Assembly: GCA_963727805.1 (NCBI GenBank)
Contig: CAVSHF010000005.1
Span: 160,001-224,000, forward strand
Direction: 5' to 3'
Origin: an uncultured Nitrospiraceae bacterium
GTDB taxonomy: Bacteria; Nitrospirota; Thermodesulfovibrionia; Thermodesulfovibrionales; Dissulfurispiraceae
Length of the DNA stretch: 64,000 nt
The position numbers and the translations under genes are program-made. This document shows positions 9,253-20,167 of the stretch, piece after piece. Each line of letters begins with the position of its first letter. Position 1 is the first letter of the stretch. The notes beneath the pieces were generated by a model. That model saw only the letters and a program-made list of their open reading frames with translations. It made no database searches and was not told the origin of the DNA.

Positions 9253-10781
9253 ACAAATGGATCATAGCACTGACCGTCATGCTGCCCACGCTTATCGAGA
9301 TCGTGGACACGTCGGTCGTCAATGTTGCTCTCGACCACATCCGCGGCAGTCTCTCCGCGGGCATAGACGAATCGACATGGACCATTACTTCCTATCTCGT
9401 TTCAAACGCTATCATCATACCAATGACAGGATGGCTGAGCAGGCTCTTTGGCAGGAAACGATATCTTATCATCTCCATAACGCTCTTCACCGTTAGCTCG
9501 TTATTATGCGGTGCGGCATGGAGCCTCCAGAGCCTCGTCTTCTTCAGGATTCTCCAGGGTATAGGAGGCGGCGCGCTCCAGCCTATTTCTCAGTCCATAC
9601 TACTGGAAACATTCCCTCCGCGTCAGCATGGCATCGCGATGGCGGTCTTCGGCGTCGGCATCATGTTCGGTCCAATTATCGGCCCGCTGCTGGGTGGATG
9701 GATCACGGACAACTGGTCATGGCACTGGATCTTTTATATCAATATCCCGATCGGTATCATATCGATACTTATGGCCATGATGTTTATCCAGGACCCTCCC
9801 TATATGCAGCGTATGAAGATGAAGATCGACTACTGGGGCCTCGCTCTGCTCACCGTCGGTCTGGGCTGTCTCCAGATCGTACTCGACAAGGGTCAGCAGG
9901 ACAACTGGTTCGAATCGAATTTCATCGTCTGGCTCAGCATGATATCAGCAGTCTCCCTTATCTCCTTTGTGCTCGTCGAATTATTCTTCACCGAACAGCC
10001 TATCGTAAACCTTCGGACTTTCAGGAATATCTCTTTCAGCACCGGTTGCACCGTCATGTTCGTTGGCTTTTTCAATCTCTTTGCGAGCATCGTCCTTCTG
10101 CCCATCTACTTGCAGACGCTCATGGGATACACATCATATCTCGCCGGGTTCGTTCTCGGACCGGGTGGACTGGCAACGCTGATATCCCTGCCGATAGCGG
10201 GAAGGCTGGTGACGAAAGTTAATCCAAAGGCCCTCCTGTCCTTCGGCATAGTGGTCAATGCCTATGCGACTTATCTCATGTCGAATTTCACCCTCGACGC
10301 TGACTTTGCAACCGTCATCTGGCCGAGGGTCGTCCTTGGAATCGGCATGGGGTTCTTCTTCATCCCCCTCACCACCCTGACGATGTCGAGCATCCGCAAG
10401 GAGGACATGGGAAATGCATCGGGCATCTATAACCTCCTCAGAAACCTCGGTGGCAGTTTCGGAGTGGCGTTTGTGACGACCATACTGGCGCGGCGTGCGC
10501 AATATCATCAGGCGCACCTTGTCGAGAACCTGACTCCCTACAATACCTCTTACCAAATGGCAGTTCAGCACGGCACGCAGGCGCTCAAGTTCAGAGGATT
10601 GGAGGGTTCCCAGGCGCAGCAGGGAAGTCTCGCGAACATTTATCATGAATTGCTCCGGCAGGCCTCGATGCTCTCTTTCAATGATGCCTTCCATCTCGTA
10701 TGTATCATAATGCTCGGCATCCTTCCCCTCGTCTACTTCATGCGGGCGGGCAAGGGTTCCCCCCCTGCTGGCATGCACTGA
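9249..10781 (+). CDS. emrB: DHA2 (EmrB/QacA) MFS efflux transporter
   Basis: DTSVVNVAL, WTITSYLVSNAIIIP, GPIIGPLLGGWITDNWSWHWIFYINIPIG. Confidence 0.93.
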   Translation: MNKWIIALTVMLPTLIEIVDTSVVNVALDHIRGSLSAGIDESTWTITSYLVSNAIIIPMTGWLSRLFGRKRYLIISITLFTVSSLLCGAAWSLQSLVFFRILQGIGGGALQPISQSILLETFPPRQHGIAMAVFGVGIMFGPIIGPLLGGWITDNWSWHWIFYINIPIGIISILMAMMFIQDPPYMQRMKMKIDYWGLALLTVGLGCLQIVLDKGQQDNWFESNFIVWLSMISAVSLISFVLVELFFTEQPIVNLRTFRNISFSTGCTVMFVGFFNLFASIVLLPIYLQTLMGYTSYLAGFVLGPGGLATLISLPIAGRLVTKVNPKALLSFGIVVNAYATYLMSNFTLDADFATVIWPRVVLGIGMGFFFIPLTTLTMSSIRKEDMGNASGIYNLLRNLGGSFGVAFVTTILARRAQYHQAHLVENLTPYNTSYQMAVQHGTQALKFRGLEGSQAQQGSLANIYHELLRQASMLSFNDAFHLVCIIMLGILPLVYFMRAGKGSPPAGMH

Positions 10782-10795
10782 ACGTAACGCTACTG

Positions 10796-10813
10796 TGGTA
10801 TAATTTCAATATG
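10796..10813 (+). promoter_or_regulatory. Extended -10 promoter, probable leaderless start
   Basis: TGgTATAAT (10796-10804), 6 nt, ATG 10811; no SD. Confidence 0.55.
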
Positions 10814-11548
10814 CAGAACCTTTTATTTGAAAGTATTCCGGTTGAGGCCGCAAACAGGATCCGCCCCTTTTTTGAGGCGATTCTGGGAGGGTGTCCCGAC
10901 AAGATCCAATCTCTTTATGTGACTGGCAGCGCGGTCACTTCCGATTTCAGCGAGAAGACATCGGATATCAATTCCCTGATCGTACTTGATGAAATACACT
11001 TCGACTTTTTCAAATTCCTTGCGCCTCTCGGGAAAAAGTTCAAGTCAAAGGGCATCGCCGCCCCTCTTGTCATGACACCTTCATACATCAATGAATCTCT
11101 CGATGTATTCCCCATGGAGTTCCTGGAACTCAAGCTCATCCATAAGACCGCCTACGGTAACGATATAGTAAAAGATCTGGAGATCGACCCTAAACTCTTG
11201 AGACTCCAGTGCGAACGCGAAATAAAGACGCGTCTCATCGGGCTCTGGCAAGGCTATATATCGTCATTTGGCGAGACCGATATTATCGCGTCGCTTCTTT
11301 GGCGCTCAATAAAGGGATGCATGCCCCTTTTCAGGTCGATCATTTTCTTAATGGGAAAAGAGCCACCCCTTAAGAAAATCGATGTCATTAACTCCCTTAA
11401 CAGTACTACTCATGTTGATAAAGAGGTGCTCATTAAGGCCCTCCTCCTGAAAGAAAAGCGGTTCAAAGATCGGGAAGAAGTCCTGTCACTCTTCGAGAGC
11501 TATTACGGAAACTTGGAAACTGTTGCCGGAATCGTCAATGCACTTTAG
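10811..11548 (+). CDS. Pol-beta-like nucleotidyltransferase-fold protein (LemA/TPM-associated)
   Basis: SLYVTGSAVTSDF...SDINSLIV motif followed by DVFPMEFLEL and LRLQCEREIK. Confidence 0.6.
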   Translation: MQNLLFESIPVEAANRIRPFFEAILGGCPDKIQSLYVTGSAVTSDFSEKTSDINSLIVLDEIHFDFFKFLAPLGKKFKSKGIAAPLVMTPSYINESLDVFPMEFLELKLIHKTAYGNDIVKDLEIDPKLLRLQCEREIKTRLIGLWQGYISSFGETDIIASLLWRSIKGCMPLFRSIIFLMGKEPPLKKIDVINSLNSTTHVDKEVLIKALLLKEKRFKDREEVLSLFESYYGNLETVAGIVNAL

Positions 11549-12344
11549 CCGTAGTACAAGAAGCATATTCAATGCTGCCATACTTTTTATCCTCGGTTGC
11601 ATGCTATGTGGCGTGACTGCTTCTTTTGCCGTGACACCGCAGCCTCCGTCTACCCCCGATAATTATGTCATCGATCTTGCGGGCGTTATCCCTGCCGATG
11701 TCAAGAACCGTCTCAATGCCCATCTGAAAGAACTTGAACAGAAGACCACCGCACAGATGGTCATTCTTACGATCACCAGTCTCGACGGAGAGAGTATCGA
11801 TGGATTCTCGATCGGGATGGCTCACAATAAATGGAAACTCGGTCAGAAGGGCAAAGACAATGGCCTTCTCCTAGTCGTGGCAGTGAATGACAAAAAATAC
11901 CGCATCGAAGTCGGGTACGGACTTGAGGGAATACTTCCGGACAGCATGGTGGGTACGATCGGCAGGCAGTACCTTGTACCGTATTTTAGAAAAGGGGATT
12001 ATGGTTCCGGTATATTTAACGCATCCCTCGCGATCATCAAGACCGTTGCCGACGCCCATGGAGTTGAAATTACCGGAATGCCTGGGGCCGCTGCCATAAA
12101 GCCGAAGACCAAAAAAGGGATTGGCTTGAATGATTTGATATGGATCGGTATTCTTCTCGTGTTCATCCTCCCCTTCTTTCTTTCCCGCCTCAGGGGAAGG
12201 TCATCGGGAGGTTTCTGGGGAGGACCGGGAGGCTTTGGTGGTGGCGGATTCGGCGGGTTTGGAGGAGGCGGCGGTGGAGACGGTGGATTCGGAGGCGGCG
12301 GTGGTGGCGGTTTCGGCGGTGGTGGTGCTTCGGGAGATTGGTGA
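11538..12344 (+). CDS. TPM domain protein (YgcG family) with Gly-rich tail
   Basis: YVIDLAGVI, WKLGQKGKDNGLLLVVA, RIEVGYGLEGILPD, C-terminal GGGFGGGGASGDW. Confidence 0.92.
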   Translation: MHFSRSTRSIFNAAILFILGCMLCGVTASFAVTPQPPSTPDNYVIDLAGVIPADVKNRLNAHLKELEQKTTAQMVILTITSLDGESIDGFSIGMAHNKWKLGQKGKDNGLLLVVAVNDKKYRIEVGYGLEGILPDSMVGTIGRQYLVPYFRKGDYGSGIFNASLAIIKTVADAHGVEITGMPGAAAIKPKTKKGIGLNDLIWIGILLVFILPFFLSRLRGRSSGGFWGGPGGFGGGGFGGFGGGGGGDGGFGGGGGGGFGGGGASGDW

Positions 12345-12514
12345 TAAACAAGGTCGCAGAGTTTAATCTTCGGTAATAAGTAGAGGACGCGATATTTCAG
12401 CTTGTCGGAAATCTTTTTTTAGATGAATATCGGACAAAGCGGAATAACAAAATATATTGTAAGTGGCCCGAAACTGAGGACATAGTAATTTGAACTTTCA
12501 TCAAGGAGGATTTC

Positions 12515-13090
12515 ATGGGTAATGGAGCAAAGATTGCAATTGCAGTATTAGCCGTAATAGCCCTACTGGCAATAGGCATGATCGGCTGGGGCGTCGGTCA
12601 ATACAACAAGGTAATCGCCCTTGACGAGCAGGTCAAGGCGCAGTGGGCGCAGGTGGACAACCAACTTAAACGTCGCTATGACTTAATCCCTAACCTCGTA
12701 GAGACGGTCAAGGGGTATGCAACCCACGAAAAACAGCTTTTCGAGAATATCGCAGAAGCGAGGACAAAGTATTTCCAGGCACCGACCGCCACACAGAAGA
12801 TACAGGCGTCCAATCAGCTCGAAGGGTTTCTTTCGCGCCTTCTCGTCTTAAAGGAAACATATCCGCAGCTCAAGGCAAACGAATCATTCCTGAAACTGCA
12901 GGACAGCCTCGAAGGGACGGAAAACAGGATATCGGTTGAAAGAAAACGATACAACGAAGTGGCTCAGATCCTCAATACCTACCGAAGAACCGTATTCGGG
13001 AGCGTCATCGCGTCCGTAGCCGGCGTACAGCCTGCGGCCTATTATGAAATACCCGCAGCAGAAAAGGAAGCGCCGAAGGTGAAATTCTAA
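12515..13090 (+). CDS. lemA: LemA family protein
   Basis: WAQVDNQLKRRYDLIPNLVETVKGYA, YPQLKANESF, LEGTENRISVERKRYN. Confidence 0.95.
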   Translation: MGNGAKIAIAVLAVIALLAIGMIGWGVGQYNKVIALDEQVKAQWAQVDNQLKRRYDLIPNLVETVKGYATHEKQLFENIAEARTKYFQAPTATQKIQASNQLEGFLSRLLVLKETYPQLKANESFLKLQDSLEGTENRISVERKRYNEVAQILNTYRRTVFGSVIASVAGVQPAAYYEIPAAEKEAPKVKF

Positions 13091-13135
13091 GACAATTGAG
13101 GGGGCAAGGAGCCGTCTGGCCCCAGATTTCTAATT

Positions 13136-15577
13136 ATGCCGAATAAAATAGACGTCCCAATCACAGGAATGACGTGCGCCGCATGTTCGTCGGCTGTCGA
13201 ACGAACTCTGAAGAGGCTTGAAGGTGTCAAAAACACTGTCGTCAACCTTCCTCTCGAGCGGGCAACGATCGAATTCGAAGAGTCCGACATTCCGGCTATG
13301 TTACCTGCGATCATCAATGCCGTCAAAAGCGAAGGCTATGGAGTCGGTACAAACAAAATCGATATCGCTGTAAGCGGCATGACCTGCGCTGCCTGTGTCA
13401 GCGCGGTCGAAAAGGCTTTGAAAGGCATCTATGGGGTTGTCCATGCGACCGTGAACCTCGCGACTGAAAAAGCGTCCATCGAATATGTGCCCACAATTAC
13501 TGGCTTTGAGGACTTCAAACAGGTGATCGCGGATGCCGGCTATTCGGCCCACATGGTAACGACAGAATTTGTAGATACGGAGCGCGAAACCCGCAAAAAA
13601 GAGTACGAAGGGTTAAGAATGCGCTTACTCGTCAGCGCAGTGCTCGCGGCTTTCCTAATCGTTGGCAGCATGATCAGCATACCACTCATTTCCAATTGGA
13701 TTATCTTGTTTCTGCTCGCTACACCTGTCCAGTTCTGGGCCGGAATGAGGTTTCACAAGGCAGCCCTTTCGGCAATCAGACATGGCGCGACGAATATGAA
13801 TACCCTCATAAGCGTCGGAACCAATGCAGCTTATTTCTTCAGCGTTGCGGCAACCTTCGCCCCTGATTTTTTCTCCCGGGGCGGAGTTGCACCGCACGTT
13901 TATTTCGATACTTCGGCAACAATCATCACGCTTATTCTCCTCGGCAGGCTTCTCGAAGCGAGGGCAAAAGGAAAGACTTCAGAAGCGATCAGGAAACTCA
14001 TGGGCCTGCAACCAAAAACAGCAGTTGTGCTGCGAGGCGATAAGGAACGAGAGATAGCCATCGAAGAAGTTACGGTGGGCGATATCGTCGTCGCACATCC
14101 CGGAGAAAGACTACCTGTTGATGGTGAAGTTATAGCCGGTGATTCGACGGTCGATGAATCAATGCTTACTGGAGAAAGCCTTCCGGTCGAAAAGAGTCAG
14201 GGCGCAATGGTCTTCAGCGGAACCGTCAACAAGGTCGGCAGCTTACGATTCAGGGCACTGCGCGTCGGCAAGGAGACCTCACTCGCAAGGATCATCAAAC
14301 TTGTTGAAGAAGCACAGGGGAGCAAGGCGCCCATCCAGCGACTCGCCGATCAAATAGCATCCGTATTTGTCCCGGTGGTAATGGCTATCGCTGCCACTAC
14401 CTTTATCGTCTGGCTTGTTTTTGGGCCACAGCCGTCCTTTGCTCTAGCCCTGATGAATTTCATCGCCGTCCTTATCATTGCCTGTCCCTGCGCCCTTGGA
14501 CTCGCCACACCGACTGCGATAATGGTCGGCACCGGTAAAGGGGCCGAAAATGGCATACTCATACGGAATGCGGAGGCCCTCGAACTTTGCCATAAAATAA
14601 AAGCCGTTATCCTCGATAAAACAGGCACTATTACCAAAGGAGAGCCTGAGGTAATCGATATTGTTGATATAAAGGAGCAGGTGTCAAATGCCGTATCCGA
14701 CATCTTGCGCATTGCTGCTTCGGCTGAGAAATTGTCCGAGCACCCTCTCGGGAAGTCAATCGTCAAAAAAGCTATGGGACAGAACATCAATATCCCTGGT
14801 CCCGCAGCATTCACTTCCGTGTCGGGCGGTGGCGTGAAAGCAACGATTACCGAAAACTCACAGAACGTTGAAGTAGTCATCGGGAATGAAAGGCTCTTGA
14901 CAGATGAAGGTATCGACCTCACGTCAGCAAAGGGCATGGCAGAAAGATTCTCTTCCGAAGGCAAGACTCCGGTATTCATGGCCACAAATCAAACATTGAC
15001 GGCTGTCTTTTCCATAGCAGATGCTGTCAAGGAAGATTCAGCCGCTGCTATACGCGAACTTTCTTCGATGGGAATTGAAGTGATAATGCTGACCGGTGAT
15101 CACAGGAATACCGCCGAGGCAATTGCCCGGCAAGTGGGCATCATGAGATACTATGCCGAAGTGCTCCCTGATCAGAAGACTGAAATTGTAAAACAGGTAA
15201 AGTCTGAACACAAGATAACTGCAATGGTGGGCGACGGGATTAATGACGCACCGGCCCTCGCCTCAGCGGATGTAGGAATCGCTATCGGCACAGGCACCGA
15301 TATCGCCATCGAGGCATCAGATCTTACCCTGATAAAGGGGAGTCTTCAATCCCTCGTGGATGCTATCAGGCTGAGTAGGCTCACGATAAGAACGATTAAG
15401 CAAAACCTTTTCTGGGCTTTCATCTATAATATTATTGGCATCCCGGTGGCTACCGGCATACTCTATCTTTTCGGCGGTCCTTTGCTCAACCCGATGATCG
15501 CATCGGCTGCCATGTCCTTCAGCTCGGTTTCAGTAGTAACGAACTCACTGAGGCTTAAACGGAAGAAGCTCTCGTAA
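13136..15577 (+). CDS. copA: Cu(I)-translocating P1B-type ATPase
   Basis: Two GMTCAAC metal-binding domains, [35 protein letters not shown] and MSFSS motifs. Confidence 0.95.
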   Translation: MPNKIDVPITGMTCAACSSAVERTLKRLEGVKNTVVNLPLERATIEFEESDIPAMLPAIINAVKSEGYGVGTNKIDIAVSGMTCAACVSAVEKALKGIYGVVHATVNLATEKASIEYVPTITGFEDFKQVIADAGYSAHMVTTEFVDTERETRKKEYEGLRMRLLVSAVLAAFLIVGSMISIPLISNWIILFLLATPVQFWAGMRFHKAALSAIRHGATNMNTLISVGTNAAYFFSVAATFAPDFFSRGGVAPHVYFDTSATIITLILLGRLLEARAKGKTSEAIRKLMGLQPKTAVVLRGDKEREIAIEEVTVGDIVVAHPGERLPVDGEVIAGDSTVDESMLTGESLPVEKSQGAMVFSGTVNKVGSLRFRALRVGKETSLARIIKLVEEAQGSKAPIQRLADQIASVFVPVVMAIAATTFIVWLVFGPQPSFALALMNFIAVLIIACPCALGLATPTAIMVGTGKGAENGILIRNAEALELCHKIKAVILDKTGTITKGEPEVIDIVDIKEQVSNAVSDILRIAASAEKLSEHPLGKSIVKKAMGQNINIPGPAAFTSVSGGGVKATITENSQNVEVVIGNERLLTDEGIDLTSAKGMAERFSSEGKTPVFMATNQTLTAVFSIADAVKEDSAAAIRELSSMGIEVIMLTGDHRNTAEAIARQVGIMRYYAEVLPDQKTEIVKQVKSEHKITAMVGDGINDAPALASADVGIAIGTGTDIAIEASDLTLIKGSLQSLVDAIRLSRLTIRTIKQNLFWAFIYNIIGIPVATGILYLFGGPLLNPMIASAAMSFSSVSVVTNSLRLKRKKLS

Positions 15578-15613
15578 TAACCCTTTACAAAGAAATAGAA
15601 ATAATATATTTTA

Positions 15614-17305
15614 TTGGGATTAACTATGCATTCACCTCATGATCTTAAAGACACCGGCTCTCTCCTCATCATCCCTCTCGGGGGCGTCGAAGAGATCGGA
15701 CTCAATATGACTGTCTTTCAATATGCCGATGACCTCATCATCGTTGATGCTGGACTCATGTTCCCTGAAGAGGAGATGCTCGGCGTCGACATCGTCATCC
15801 CGGACTATTCATATATTCTTGACAACAGGGAAAAAGTAAAAGGGATTATACTTACCCATGGGCACGAAGACCATACCGGCGCCCTGCCCTTTCTGCTCAA
15901 AGAGATTAACGTACCGGTCTTCGGTACAGCCCTCACTCTGGCCCTCGTCAGGGAGAAGCTGAACGAGCATAACCTCCTCGATATCCAGCTTATCCCCGTT
16001 AAGCCGCGCGACATCATAACCCTGGGACAATTCAAGATCGAATTCATAAGGGTCACCCACAGCATTGTCGACGGTGTAGGATTGGGAATACAGACCCCCC
16101 TTGGCAGAATCATCCATACCGGCGATTTCAAACTCGACCCGACCCCCGTCGATGGTGAACTCATGGACCTCCACAAATTTACTGAGTACGGGGAGAAGGG
16201 GACCCTGCTGATGCTGTCCGACAGCACCAATGCTGAAAAAGGGGGCTTCACCTTTTCCGAAAGGGAAGTGAGGCGGGCGTTTGAAGATATATTCGCGAAA
16301 ACGAAAGGCAGGATTATCATTGCAACATTTGCCTCGAATATCCACAGGATTCAGCAGGCTATAGACGTGGCGGTCCAGTATGGCCGCAAGGTGATTATGT
16401 GCGGCAAGAGCATGGTATCTAATGCTGGTATTGCGCTCGAGCTCGGCTATTTGAAGATGCCGCCCGACATCTGGGTCAAGATGGAGGCACTCAGGGACTT
16501 ACCCGATGATCAGGTGGTGATAATCACCACCGGCAGCCAAGGTGAGCCAATGAGCGTGCTTTCACGGATCGCGATTGACGAACATAAACAGATCAAGATC
16601 AAGGAGGGCGATACAGTCATCCTTTCGGCAAAAATTATCCCCGGTAATGAACGCTCCATCGGTAAAATTATTAATCACCTGATGAGAAGGGGCGCCGACG
16701 TCAAGTATGAGAAGGTTTCGGATATCCATGTCTCGGGTCATGCATCGAAAGAGGAACTGAAGTTGATGATTAACATGGTAAAACCGAAGTATTTCATGCC
16801 TATCCACGGCGAGTATCGCCATCTGAAGTATCATTACAAACTAGCCGACAAGTCTGGCATACCGAAAGAGAACATTTTCATCCTCGAAGACGGCATGGTC
16901 CTGGAGATAACCGCCCACGGCGCAGCAACAGGCGGGAAAGTTAATTCCGGTCGTGTCTTCATCGACGGACGGGATGTCGGCGGTGTCGAGGATATCGTGC
17001 TCCGTGACCGGAGGAGGCTCGCCCATGACGGGATCGTGATCATCCTTGTCGGAATTGAAAAACTGACGAAAAAGATCATATCCGGACCGGAAATTATTTC
17101 GAGGGGTTTCGTCTTTGAAGATGTCTCTCAGGAAATCATCAGTGAAGTCCGCGATCTTATGGCCGACACTTTGACAAACATCGAAGACGATATCATCTCC
17201 GACACGTCTCTAATCCAAGCAAAATTGAGATCGACCCTCAAGAAGTATCTGAGAAACACTATGGACAGAAGACCCATGATCATGCCCATCATTATGGAAG
17301 TCTAG
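15614..17305 (+). CDS. rnj: Ribonuclease J
   Basis: PLGGVEEIGLNM, THGHEDHTG, HTGDFKLD, TGSQGEP, HVSGHA, PIHGEYRH. Start may be 15626. Confidence 0.95.
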   Translation: MGLTMHSPHDLKDTGSLLIIPLGGVEEIGLNMTVFQYADDLIIVDAGLMFPEEEMLGVDIVIPDYSYILDNREKVKGIILTHGHEDHTGALPFLLKEINVPVFGTALTLALVREKLNEHNLLDIQLIPVKPRDIITLGQFKIEFIRVTHSIVDGVGLGIQTPLGRIIHTGDFKLDPTPVDGELMDLHKFTEYGEKGTLLMLSDSTNAEKGGFTFSEREVRRAFEDIFAKTKGRIIIATFASNIHRIQQAIDVAVQYGRKVIMCGKSMVSNAGIALELGYLKMPPDIWVKMEALRDLPDDQVVIITTGSQGEPMSVLSRIAIDEHKQIKIKEGDTVILSAKIIPGNERSIGKIINHLMRRGADVKYEKVSDIHVSGHASKEELKLMINMVKPKYFMPIHGEYRHLKYHYKLADKSGIPKENIFILEDGMVLEITAHGAATGGKVNSGRVFIDGRDVGGVEDIVLRDRRRLAHDGIVIILVGIEKLTKKIISGPEIISRGFVFEDVSQEIISEVRDLMADTLTNIEDDIISDTSLIQAKLRSTLKKYLRNTMDRRPMIMPIIMEV

Positions 17306-17404
17306 AGTAAAAAAAAGGGATAAACTTAAGGTATAATATTTAAATTATCTATCGGTACCAATTTCATTTTTTTTGGAGATTGAAATGGGGACAAAGATCC
17401 ACGG

Positions 17405-17683
17405 ATGACATCACCTTTAAAAATCCTGAACCTGGGAGACAATCCTCATGACGTGAATTCCATCACATCTGCCCTTGAGGAAGTGGGGATTCCCTGCAAT
17501 ACCTTTCAGGTAGCAACACTTGATGAGCTTACCTCAGCGATCGAGCAGGGTGGATTTGATATAATCTTTACGGACCATACACTGCCTGGTTTTGACGGTC
17601 TGACCGCACGCGCCGTCGCTAAAGAAAAATCTACCAAATATACAGTTTATGTGCACTTTGGGGACAGGAAGAGAAAAGAATGA
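17405..17683 (+). pseudogene. Truncated/degenerate response-regulator receiver domain
   Basis: LKILNLGDNPHD...FDIIFTDHTLPGFDGL; REC-like continuation (LPNIQFMCTLGTG) is in another frame; no C-terminal Lys motif. Confidence 0.6.
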
Positions 17684-18336
17684 AGAAAGTAACTTTGATT
17701 ACCGTATTGACAGTAATTGCTATGGTACTGACCGGATGTGCCCATGCGAACCGCTCGCAGCGAGAAGGGGACAGTAATGTTTATCATCTTACGGGAGTCC
17801 CGAAGCCCTACTCAGCAGGCGTCCCTGCATCGGCCAAGTACAAGGCATATGTAGCTCCCTATGAGGTGAATGAGGAGCGACACGGAAAGCAGGAATTCCG
17901 CACCGTCAATTACACTGAGTTCATCAAAGCGGCGCTCACCAAGAGGTTTGGAACGAAGATCACCTTTGTTGATGACCCCAAAGGTGCGGACATTGAGATC
18001 TTTGTCAAACGCAAGATAAGCGGATACGATCTGAAATCCTCCAACTTTCACTTCCTAACTGCACAAGTAAACGGTGTTATCGTGACAGCAAAGGGGCAAG
18101 CATACCACCGCAAGCCTCACTGGCCGCCTACAGCGGAGGATGTTGCAGCTGAGATCGAGGCTGCTACTGAGGCCCTCGTTTCCGTTCTCAAAGAAACTCC
18201 CAATGGCTCAATTGAAGTGGCTACTCTCAATGTCTACGCAGATAATGAGATCCTTTACTACAAGGAGAGCAACGGAGTATCCGTGATGGAAGGCCCCTTA
18301 GGGTATAACGTAGAGAAGCGTATAGACGTAGATTGA
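17680..18336 (+). CDS. Hypothetical lipoprotein
   Basis: MKK + hydrophobic stretch + LTGC lipobox; no recognised family. Confidence 0.7.
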   Translation: MKKVTLITVLTVIAMVLTGCAHANRSQREGDSNVYHLTGVPKPYSAGVPASAKYKAYVAPYEVNEERHGKQEFRTVNYTEFIKAALTKRFGTKITFVDDPKGADIEIFVKRKISGYDLKSSNFHFLTAQVNGVIVTAKGQAYHRKPHWPPTAEDVAAEIEAATEALVSVLKETPNGSIEVATLNVYADNEILYYKESNGVSVMEGPLGYNVEKRIDVD

Positions 18337-18508
18337 TCTTTATGACGAAAGGGGAGAGAAATCTCGAGCAGACATTTAGCCATGGGTAGTCCAAAGTACG
18401 TACCAGCATCGCGGTAGCCTCGAAAATACCAATTACTCTTGTAGTACTGCCCCTAAATACATCCTCAACATGCATACAAAAACTAAGTTGCTTTTCTGGG
18501 ATTCATTG

Positions 18509-20167
18509 TTACCTATCAATGGTCATCTTAATATAGTGGCAAGGGCATTCCCTGGCACACAAGCCGCATCCCTTGCAAAAATCGTAATCAAATTCATACA
18601 TGCCTGTAGCCGGCGATATCCTGACGGCGTTGTCGGGGCAGTACATGAGACAATTATTGCATTGGAAACAGAGTCCGCAGCTCAGACAACGGCCTGCTTC
18701 ACTGATAATATCCTTGCGGTCAAACGGCGGATAAATCTCCTCAAAACTTTTCAGTCGTATATGAACAGGCACAGATTCCTTATTGAATCGGTTCGACGGT
18801 TGATAGTAATAAGTATTTAAATCCTTTGAATAGACTACCGGTGGACTTGCCAGACGGTTTTGGGTCTGGTCTTTGATATAGTCTTCGATGGCGTAAGCGG
18901 CGTGCATTCCCTGTCCTATGGCTGCAGAAACGGTCTCGAGTCCAAGCACTGCATCCCCACCGGCAAATACCCTATCCATACTAGTCATTCGTTGACTGTT
19001 CACATCAATCCATTTGTTATCTCTTTTATGGATATCAATGCCTTCATAATCGACTGCCTGTCCTGCAGCTATAATGACGGTATCAGCAGGGATAACTGAC
19101 TCAGAGCCAGGAATTGGCACAGGCCTTCCCCTGCCGCTGGCATCCGCTTCCTTTAATTCCATCTGTACGCATAAGATACCAATAACACGGTTTTCATCGG
19201 TAACTATTTTGACTGGATTAGTGTTATAACGGAACATGATGCGTTCTTCCAACGCCTCATCGATTTCAGCGGTAATAGCAGGCATTTCAACGCGTGTACG
19301 CCGATAGACAATGCTCACATTACCTCCCAGCCGCTTGGCAACTCGGGCGCAGTCCATGGCCGTATTACCTCCGCCGACAACTACAACTTCTCTGCCGATA
19401 TCAATTTTCCTGCCGCTGTGAACTGCCTTTAAAAATTCCACGCCGGTGAAGACGTTTCGGGCATCGTCACCAGGAATGTTAAGTGAGCTTCCCTTCTGAG
19501 CCCCAAGGCCCAAAAAGAGAGCATTGTATTCGCGCATTAGTTGGTCCATTGGTATGTTGATGCCTACTTTTACATTGCATTCCAGCTCAATGCCGAGTTT
19601 TAATATTGATTCAATCTCGCGACCCAAAACATCCTTTGGCAAGCGATAGGCAGGAATGCCCCAGCGCATCATCCCACCAGGTACACCTTCCGCTTCAAAT
19701 ATTTTTACCTTATATCCTTTTTTTGCGAGGTGAAAAGCGCATGATAACCCAGCAGGCCCCGAGCCTACTATGGCAACTTTCTCTTTTCGCTCTGATGTGA
19801 TGACCTTTTTGTGCTCCAGCCGATTTTCAATACCGAAGTCCCCAACAGAGCGCTCAGCGCTGTTGATATCAAGGGGGGTGTCAAAATCCCTGCGATTGCA
19901 CCCTTCCTCACATGGATGAGGACAGACCCTTCCGCACGTTGCAGGCAAGGGATTTGTACGGGTTAATATATGCCAGGCTTCTTCATAGTCCTGCCTGACC
20001 GCAAGCGTTCGCAGAAAACCCCGAATATCATTGCGGGCCGGGCAACCATGAGTGCAAGGCGGGGTTTGCATAATGTTTAAAGGCTTTTGTGTCCGCCATG
20101 AACCGGTCTTATAGGGAGTTACATTGCGCAAATCCAGCGCTAGTCCTAAGGGTAATTTTTCGCTCAT
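18509..20167 (-). CDS. GltD/SudA-like FAD/NAD(P)-binding Fe-S oxidoreductase with PorD-like N-terminal motif and C-terminal ferredoxin domain
   Basis: KTGSWRTQKP, CTHGCP, CGRVCPHPCEEGC, GSGPAG, GGGNTAMD, VYRR, CLSCGLCFQCNNCLMYCPD, DYDFCKGCGLCARECP. Confidence 0.88.
   Translation of the reverse strand: MSEKLPLGLALDLRNVTPYKTGSWRTQKPLNIMQTPPCTHGCPARNDIRGFLRTLAVRQDYEEAWHILTRTNPLPATCGRVCPHPCEEGCNRRDFDTPLDINSAERSVGDFGIENRLEHKKVITSERKEKVAIVGSGPAGLSCAFHLAKKGYKVKIFEAEGVPGGMMRWGIPAYRLPKDVLGREIESILKLGIELECNVKVGINIPMDQLMREYNALFLGLGAQKGSSLNIPGDDARNVFTGVEFLKAVHSGRKIDIGREVVVVGGGNTAMDCARVAKRLGGNVSIVYRRTRVEMPAITAEIDEALEERIMFRYNTNPVKIVTDENRVIGILCVQMELKEADASGRGRPVPIPGSESVIPADTVIIAAGQAVDYEGIDIHKRDNKWIDVNSQRMTSMDRVFAGGDAVLGLETVSAAIGQGMHAAYAIEDYIKDQTQNRLASPPVVYSKDLNTYYYQPSNRFNKESVPVHIRLKSFEEIYPPFDRKDIISEAGRCLSCGLCFQCNNCLMYCPDNAVRISPATGMYEFDYDFCKGCGLCARECPCHYIKMTIDR

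Noticed and set aside
12205..12340. GGN-rich repeat as a separate element
   Set aside because: It is the normal Gly-rich tail of TPM/YgcG proteins
12515..13090. LemA as magnetosome protein MamQ
   Set aside because: No other mam/mad genes nearby; ordinary TPM-LemA context
18509..20167. DsrL or glutamate synthase small subunit
   Set aside because: Similar architecture, but no dsr or gltB genes adjacent; it overlaps porB and carries PorD-type motifs
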